Part shown: in pieces, positions 26,254 through 32,000 of the stretch | How positions within the stretch are numbered: position 1 is the stretch's first letter | Layout of the letters: each line of letters begins with the position of its first letter | Assembly: GCA_049684915.1 (NCBI GenBank) | Contig: JBAVGO010000086.1 | Coordinates: 1 to 32,000, forward strand | Length of the DNA: 32,000 nt | Origin: Lutisporaceae bacterium | GTDB lineage: Bacteria > Bacillota > Clostridia > Lutisporales > Lutisporaceae | Direction of reading: 5' to 3' | Notes under the pieces: model-generated | The model's input: only the letters and a program-made list of their open reading frames with translations | What the model was told of the DNA's origin: nothing | The model's database searches: none | Made by a program: the position numbers and the translations under genes

Positions 26254-26424
26254 GTAAAGAAACGACTGATAATTTTCTCTATATTTTGCGTTAAAAGGAC
26301 AATAATGTATATTTTTCGACATATGAATCAAGAAATTATTTTACATATTTAGAATTGTATGTAAATCGTTTACTGCAAAACATATAACATATACGTTTCA
26401 AAATATTTTAGGATGTGATACAAA

Positions 26425-29400
26425 ATGGAGTTAGTGAACAATAGATATAGAATTATTAAGAATTTAAATCAAAATAGATTAGTATCAACCTATTTAGTTT
26501 CCGACATGTGGGATGAATATAAAGAAATACAATTAAATATATTAAATTCTGAGTTCATACCTAATTCACTAATAGAATTTTATTCAAATGAATTTATAGG
26601 TCTGATAAATCTTAATAATGAAAATATAGTTAAGAATTACAATTTTAATATAATTTCACGTACTGATAACAAAAGAAGCTCCGAGGAACATTATTTTTAC
26701 ACCTGTGAATATGTTGAAAATTTGCATGGTTTATTAGAACATATTGAGACCATGAATTCCTTTCAGATTATGGACGTTTTTATAGAGCTATGCAAAGCTG
26801 TGAACTATCTTCATATGAAGGGGTATATTTATGGAGCATTAAATTTTAACAATATAATGCTTGTAGAAAGTAATGATTGTTATAAGATAATACTTAAAGA
26901 TATTGCTACAGTAGAGTTAGAGAAGAATTTTTCCATAAGTGATAAAAATGATGACTCATATTTTATATCACCAAAGGTATTATCCGGCGAGAAGCCAAGT
27001 ATAGAATCTGATATATATTCACTGGGAGTTTTATTATTAACCATGCTTAGAAAGCAAAACTATAAATTAAGTCCTAAGGAAGAACTAACCATGTTTATGC
27101 AAAAGTTAAAAAGTAATAAGAACATAGACTACAGCAGTGACGAGGTTGATTTCCTTAACAAATTGCTCCCTATTATTAATAAGCTTATTATGTCTAACGA
27201 GGTCTATCCATTTAGCTATTTATACGAGTTTATTGATAAACTGAATAAATACTTAAATAGAGACTATAAAATTCTTTCTATGGAAGAATTTGAAAGACTG
27301 AATTTTCACGCTAAAATAATCGCAAGAGAAGATGAAACTAATAATATTTTGACCTCCTACGAACTCATGATTAGGTACAAGCCTGTAAAAAAGATATTTT
27401 TGGTGCAAGGAGATACAGGAACAGGTAAGACTCGATTCTTAGAGGAAATAGAATTTTTACTTGAGCTAAAAAACGCAAATGTTTTTTCAAGCTTTAGCTT
27501 AAGTGATTTAAAGGATAACAGCAATAAAATGTGGGTTGATGTTCTTAGAAAATTAATTTTAGAATCAGATGCCGAAACTATTGAGAAATATGAATCAGAG
27601 CTTATGAGATTTTTCCCTGAAATAGGTGATAGAAAAAGTACTATTCCTACTGAATACTTGAAGGAAGAAACTACAAAATATAGACTACTAAATAGAATAG
27701 CTGGTTTTATAAGTGATAGTATAAGGGGCAAGCCCGTTATTATTATAATAGATAATATACACTTTGCAAACGAATTTACAATTGATACCTTAACTTACTT
27801 GTATACTGAGGTTATAAAAGATAAAAATATTATTTTGATATTTTCCTATAGAGACGGAGAAGCTTCCAATAATCCTAAGTTTTTGGAGTTTATAAGTAAT
27901 ATAAAACCACGAAAAGATTCTGATACTATTTATATGAAAAACCTCGATGTAGAACAATCAAGTCAAATGATAAAAAATATGCTATCTATGCCTACTAACC
28001 CTTTAATGCTAGCGACGAGAATATATTCTCAGTCCTATGGTAATCCACTTTTCATAAGTGAGATAATTAAGGATTTATATAATCGTAAAATAATATTTGT
28101 TGATAGTAAGATTGGAAAATGGAGTATTGATGTTCCAGAGGATAGTGATTATAAGCTATTAACACTTCCTAATAACATTGAACAAGCTGTATTAAACCAA
28201 ATAAAGGATTCTGATAATATTAGTGATGAAATCATAAAAGTGATTTCGATTTATAATAATCCTGTATCAATAGCAGATTTACCTAGATTTATAGATATCC
28301 CCCTTACAAAATTAGAAAACGCAGTTCAAAAGCTGGTTGACAAGGGGACCTTATGCAGAAAAATAGAGGATAGTGGTTATGTTTACGATTTTAACAATAA
28401 GGTTTTAAAGGATATTGTATATGAAAGAATAAGCAGTGACGAAAAAATTAAAAAACATAGAATAGCCTCTGAAATACTCGAAGTGGAAAAACATGTAAAT
28501 ATAGCTGTTAATATGGATGAGTTGATATTCCATTTAGAAAAAGCGAGTGTCAGAGAAAAAGTAAAAGAATACTGCATAGAAAACGCCAAGAAAATGCATA
28601 CATTAAAGGATAATAAGTCCGAAATCAAGAATCTGGAAAAGGCTCTTTCTATGGTAGATAATAAGATTGAAAAAACTGGATTATTGATACAAATAGGACT
28701 TTTAAATTTTGAAGCTGGTTATGATAATTTAGCAATAGAATATTTCACTAAGGCAGAAAAATTAACCAAAATAACAAAAAATAATAGAAATATGTTAGAT
28801 TTGTACTTAAGTTTTTCCGAAATACTGTTAAGCCAGAATAGAGTAAATAAAGCTCTCAAATATTTAGAAAAAGCAGAAAAAATATTAGAGAGCTATGGCA
28901 ATACAGAAGACCGTTTTGAGTATAAGCGTATTAAAGTATTATTGCTGCTTATTAGAGATTCCTCCGAGGAAAGTACCTCGTTATGCTTAGAATTACTTAA
29001 TGAATGTAGTGATGAGTATGCAAAGACAAAGGGAAATGCTTATAGACTCTTAGCCTTTATGTATTCTAGAGTAGGTAGAATTGAGGAAGCACTTGAGCTA
29101 TATAAAAAAGGAGTTAAGCTGCTGGAGGTCGCTGGTTATACAAGAGGTATCTTATATGCCTTAAATAATATCGGCGGTATTTATACTGACTTTTATCAAG
29201 ACTCAGAGAAGGCTTTAAAATATTTTATCAAAGTTAAAAACTTAAGTGAAGAGTATGGCTTATTGTCAAGTGAAATATTAGGATTAATAAATATCGCAGT
29301 TATTTATAGTATCAAATTTAATTACCAAGCTGCCTATGATTATTTTAAGCTTGCACTAGACAAAACAGTAGAAATTGATTTCTCTAATAAGACCTTTTTT

Positions 29401-31863
29401 CTTTATAATGCTTTGATCTTTGTCTGTCTTGATATGGACAATTATTCTGAAGCATTTCATTACCATAATTTATGTCAAAAAATGTTTGAAAAATCCTCGA
29501 TTCAAGGATTAGATATTGTTGAATTTTACAAATCTAGTGCAAATTTATATGAAATCTTTGGTGATTTTAAAAAATCAGAAGAATATGTCTCCAAAGCAGT
29601 GAAATATTATAAGAATGATACATCTATATCTAAAGTTGATTTGATAATACAGAACAATATTAATAAATTGAGATTCAGTGATGAAGGTACATATAACTCA
29701 AATATTAAGAGAATCCTTGCTAACTGTGAAAAATTTGTTTCAGCTGAATCTAAAATTAGCTCTTTAAGTAATGCAGCAGATGTTCTCAGCACAAAGAAAG
29801 ATTATAAAAACGCAAAAAAAATGCTTCTTGAGGCAGAGAAATCTATGTCAGCCTCGATTCATGGTATAGTTAAGGCTAGATATTATTATGCAAAAGGGCT
29901 TATTGAAACAGAAGAAGACTGTGTAGCAGTACTATTAAAGGGCTTGAAATTAGCCAAAAATGCAAAGAATAAAAAGCTTATTGCAAAAATTACCACACAG
30001 CTTGGAAACTACTATTTTTCAAAGGGAAATTACTATTATTCCGCAAATTACTACATTGAAGCTTGTGAATTATTAAAAAATCTTATATATCAAGTTCCAG
30101 ATGATTATAAGCTAGTCTATATTAACAATTATAAGCTTGCTAGTGTCTTTTATAGAATTAAATATATCAAAGATATTTTATCAGGGACAGAGGAAAGCAA
30201 CCTTCAAGAACTTGAAGTAGAATCCTTTTCAGAGCTATATGATTTACTAAAAACTGATGAAGCAAGCAGTTTTATGGAGAATAAGGATTTTATCCACTCT
30301 ATAAGTGAGCTTTATATATCTAACCTGTCAAAAAGTATAATTAGCGAAGAGGCTATCCTAAGCAACATAACCAGTGATGCTATTAAGAATATCGAATTGG
30401 TAATAAAATATCTGGCTACGTCAACCTTATCGACAAGAGGACTGGTAGTTATAGAGGAACAGCGACAGGATCTAAGCGTAATCTCTTCTATTAACGAGAA
30501 CTATAACCTCCCATCAAACAGATATATATTTGATAGGGCGAAGGCCTCAATGGAGCCAATTTTACTATCTAAAAAATCGATAAAAAATGAAAGTGACATT
30601 AACTTATTGTCAGAGGATATATATGCCTGCTTATGTATTCCTATTACCACTAATTATCCACAGAATAGTATAAGGGTTAAAGAGGAAAAAGGGAAAACTC
30701 TAAATTCCAGGAATAATATTATAGGTTACTTATACTTGGAATCAGATAGAATATTGAATAATTTTACTGACGAAGGACTTAAAAAATGTATTAAGCTCTG
30801 TAACTTTTTAGCATTGCTAATAGAAAAGCATCAATTGACTCTAGCAGCCTCCATTGACAAGCTTACTGGTGCATTAACAAGAAAATACCTAGAGGATACC
30901 CTTAGTAGTGTAATGGAGAAATCAAGCAGCTATGGAGAAGCCTTCGGCATAATAATGTATGACCTTGACAAATTTAAAAATATTAATGATAGATTTGGAC
31001 ATCAGACAGGTGATGAGATTCTGCGACGAGTATCAAGAGTTATAATGGATAATATTAGCAGAGACGATTACCTCGGTCGTTATGGAGGAGAGGAATTTAT
31101 AGTCATCCTTCCAGGTAAAGGCATTGATGAGACATTAATTATTGCTGATGAATTAAGGAAAAAGGTTCAGTTTGAAAGTATGCTCACAAATAAGGCTGGT
31201 GTCACAGTAAGTATGGGAGTAGTTTCCTATCCGGCTCATGGACAAATAGTGAAGGAGCTTGTAGAAAAGGCAGATCAAGCTCTATATGCAGCTAAGGAAA
31301 GTGGTAGAAATCGATGCCAGGCTTGGGACAGCGAATTTATAAACAAGGCTAAGCCAACAAATACTCTAAGTGGAATTATTTCTGGCGATTCAGTACAGGA
31401 TTCTAGAAACATACTTGCACTTGTTGAGCTTATTCAAATTGTTAATAAGAATATTACTAAGAAGGAAAAAATCTATAACTTCTTAGGAAGAATGATAGAA
31501 ATCATAGAAGCTCAATTAGGTACATTAATATTGATTGAAAACGAAAAAATCCTTGAAGTCTTCGGAAGAAAATCTAAGGAAGAGAAATGTACGCAGAATA
31601 TTAATTTTAATAAAAGCATAGTAAAGTCCGTTATTGACAGTAAGCAGGGTGTTTTTTTGATAGATTGGGATGATGTGGGTAGTAATGACATTATTACTGG
31701 ATTACCAGACTGGTACTCAATTTTAGCTGTACCTATTATGGTTCAAGATGAAATTAAGGGTGTAATATACCTGTCAGCCTTAACTAAAAATAAGGAATTT
31801 GGGGTTAACGAGCTTAATTTTATTAATGTTTTAAGTAATCTAGTAGCAACTATAATAAAATAA
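26425..31863 (+). CDS. 1812-aa multidomain signalling protein: kinase-like (degenerate) - STAND/AAA_16 NTPase - winged helix - TPR array - GAF - GGDEF diguanylate cyclase - GAF
   Basis: One uninterrupted ORF. The N-terminus NRYRIIKNL... and SDIYSLGVLL follow the Hanks kinase fold. Walker A GDTGTGKT is at aa 329-336 (27409..27432). Walker B VIIIID ends at D443 (27751..27753). There are at least 8 TPR-like units across roughly aa 700-1300. A GAF-like segment covers aa ~1315-1470. The GGDEF domain starts at DKLTGALTRKY (aa 1478) and carries GGEEF at aa 1554-1558 (31084..31098). A C-terminal GAF-like segment covers aa ~1660-1812 (..SILAVPIMVQDEIKGVIYLS..). Confidence 0.85.
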   Translation: MELVNNRYRIIKNLNQNRLVSTYLVSDMWDEYKEIQLNILNSEFIPNSLIEFYSNEFIGLINLNNENIVKNYNFNIISRTDNKRSSEEHYFYTCEYVENLHGLLEHIETMNSFQIMDVFIELCKAVNYLHMKGYIYGALNFNNIMLVESNDCYKIILKDIATVELEKNFSISDKNDDSYFISPKVLSGEKPSIESDIYSLGVLLLTMLRKQNYKLSPKEELTMFMQKLKSNKNIDYSSDEVDFLNKLLPIINKLIMSNEVYPFSYLYEFIDKLNKYLNRDYKILSMEEFERLNFHAKIIAREDETNNILTSYELMIRYKPVKKIFLVQGDTGTGKTRFLEEIEFLLELKNANVFSSFSLSDLKDNSNKMWVDVLRKLILESDAETIEKYESELMRFFPEIGDRKSTIPTEYLKEETTKYRLLNRIAGFISDSIRGKPVIIIIDNIHFANEFTIDTLTYLYTEVIKDKNIILIFSYRDGEASNNPKFLEFISNIKPRKDSDTIYMKNLDVEQSSQMIKNMLSMPTNPLMLATRIYSQSYGNPLFISEIIKDLYNRKIIFVDSKIGKWSIDVPEDSDYKLLTLPNNIEQAVLNQIKDSDNISDEIIKVISIYNNPVSIADLPRFIDIPLTKLENAVQKLVDKGTLCRKIEDSGYVYDFNNKVLKDIVYERISSDEKIKKHRIASEILEVEKHVNIAVNMDELIFHLEKASVREKVKEYCIENAKKMHTLKDNKSEIKNLEKALSMVDNKIEKTGLLIQIGLLNFEAGYDNLAIEYFTKAEKLTKITKNNRNMLDLYLSFSEILLSQNRVNKALKYLEKAEKILESYGNTEDRFEYKRIKVLLLLIRDSSEESTSLCLELLNECSDEYAKTKGNAYRLLAFMYSRVGRIEEALELYKKGVKLLEVAGYTRGILYALNNIGGIYTDFYQDSEKALKYFIKVKNLSEEYGLLSSEILGLINIAVIYSIKFNYQAAYDYFKLALDKTVEIDFSNKTFFLYNALIFVCLDMDNYSEAFHYHNLCQKMFEKSSIQGLDIVEFYKSSANLYEIFGDFKKSEEYVSKAVKYYKNDTSISKVDLIIQNNINKLRFSDEGTYNSNIKRILANCEKFVSAESKISSLSNAADVLSTKKDYKNAKKMLLEAEKSMSASIHGIVKARYYYAKGLIETEEDCVAVLLKGLKLAKNAKNKKLIAKITTQLGNYYFSKGNYYYSANYYIEACELLKNLIYQVPDDYKLVYINNYKLASVFYRIKYIKDILSGTEESNLQELEVESFSELYDLLKTDEASSFMENKDFIHSISELYISNLSKSIISEEAILSNITSDAIKNIELVIKYLATSTLSTRGLVVIEEQRQDLSVISSINENYNLPSNRYIFDRAKASMEPILLSKKSIKNESDINLLSEDIYACLCIPITTNYPQNSIRVKEEKGKTLNSRNNIIGYLYLESDRILNNFTDEGLKKCIKLCNFLALLIEKHQLTLAASIDKLTGALTRKYLEDTLSSVMEKSSSYGEAFGIIMYDLDKFKNINDRFGHQTGDEILRRVSRVIMDNISRDDYLGRYGGEEFIVILPGKGIDETLIIADELRKKVQFESMLTNKAGVTVSMGVVSYPAHGQIVKELVEKADQALYAAKESGRNRCQAWDSEFINKAKPTNTLSGIISGDSVQDSRNILALVELIQIVNKNITKKEKIYNFLGRMIEIIEAQLGTLILIENEKILEVFGRKSKEEKCTQNINFNKSIVKSVIDSKQGVFLIDWDDVGSNDIITGLPDWYSILAVPIMVQDEIKGVIYLSALTKNKEFGVNELNFINVLSNLVATIIK

Positions 31864-31894
31864 CAATGACATGTACTTGATACATGCCATTGTT
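31862..31894. terminator. bidirectional terminator shared by convergent genes
   Basis: Stem AACAATGACATGTA (31862..31875) / TACATGCCATTGTT (31881..31894) with one mismatch and a 5-nt loop. The stop codons of both flanking genes lie at the two ends of the structure. Confidence 0.65.
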
Positions 31895-32000
31895 ATTTTA
31901 TCCCATATTTATATATAATGTATTCTTTAAATTTTTCCATCTCATTCTTTGCCTCTGGCGGAAGCTTCTCATCAAATTCACGCTTCTCATCCAGAACCAC
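31893..32000 (-). CDS. 3' end of an unidentified CDS entering from the right edge
   Basis: The reverse complement reads in frame VVLDEKREFDEKLPPEAKNEMEKFKEYIIYKYGIK, then the stop at 31895..31893. Only 35 codons are visible and I recognise no family. Confidence 0.4.
   Translation of the reverse strand: MVLDEKREFDEKLPPEAKNEMEKFKEYIIYKYGIK

Noticed and set aside
26240-26424. Possible c-di-GMP (GEMM) riboswitch in the long leader of the diguanylate cyclase gene
   Set aside because: The leader is extremely AT-rich. It lacks the GC-rich paired elements and conserved GGCAAACC / CCGGG-type segments I associate with GEMM-I/II. Only a covariance-model scan could finally exclude it.
26425-31863. Reading the STAND-TPR protein as an Avs-like antiphage defence NTPase
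   Set aside because: There is no nuclease, TIR, SIR2 or protease effector domain. There are no neighbouring defence genes or mobile-element markers, and the flanks are housekeeping catabolism. The GAF-GGDEF-GAF output fits second-messenger signalling better. I keep this as a low-probability alternative.
1-32000. Search for CRISPR arrays, tRNA/rRNA genes, IS elements, integrases and prophage remnants
   Set aside because: I saw no regularly spaced direct repeats, cloverleaf-like GC-rich segments, transposase or recombinase motifs, or terminal inverted repeats anywhere in the window.

Overview
Low-GC chromosome segment from an endospore-forming Firmicute. It is probably a member of the Clostridia, because it carries a SipL-type coat morphogenetic gene rather than SpoVID. 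The window is tightly packed with core sporulation and catabolic genes. I saw no rRNA, tRNA, CRISPR array, transposase, integrase or phage genes. Left third, minus strand: a run of mostly forespore-type genes, in transcription order a small 2-TM ORF, gerA-type receptor A/B/C, spoIIR, sleB-ypeB, an sspF-like SASP that the ORF track missed, then ddl running off the left edge. Middle: ispE-GntR-nucleotidyltransferase operon; a divergent DUF134 + Mrp/NBP35 pair driven from a strikingly symmetric promoter region; a SipL-like SPOCS/LysM protein; a DAACS transporter; uraA; the arginine deiminase operon arcA-arcB-arcC; veg. Right third, plus strand: hutU-ftcD-fhs (histidine breakdown via formimino-THF), then the outstanding feature of the window. 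That feature is one 5.4-kb gene encoding an 1812-aa protein with the order degenerate Hanks-kinase-like domain, STAND/AAA_16 NTPase, winged helix, long TPR array, GAF, GGDEF with intact GGEEF, second GAF. I consider this protein the best candidate for undescribed biology here: an NTP-gated, pseudokinase-capped c-di-GMP synthase. The DUF134/Mrp Cys-rich module, with its 15-bp perfect inverted repeat spanning two overlapping back-to-back promoters, comes second. All calls rest on reading translations and motifs by eye. No database search was run.
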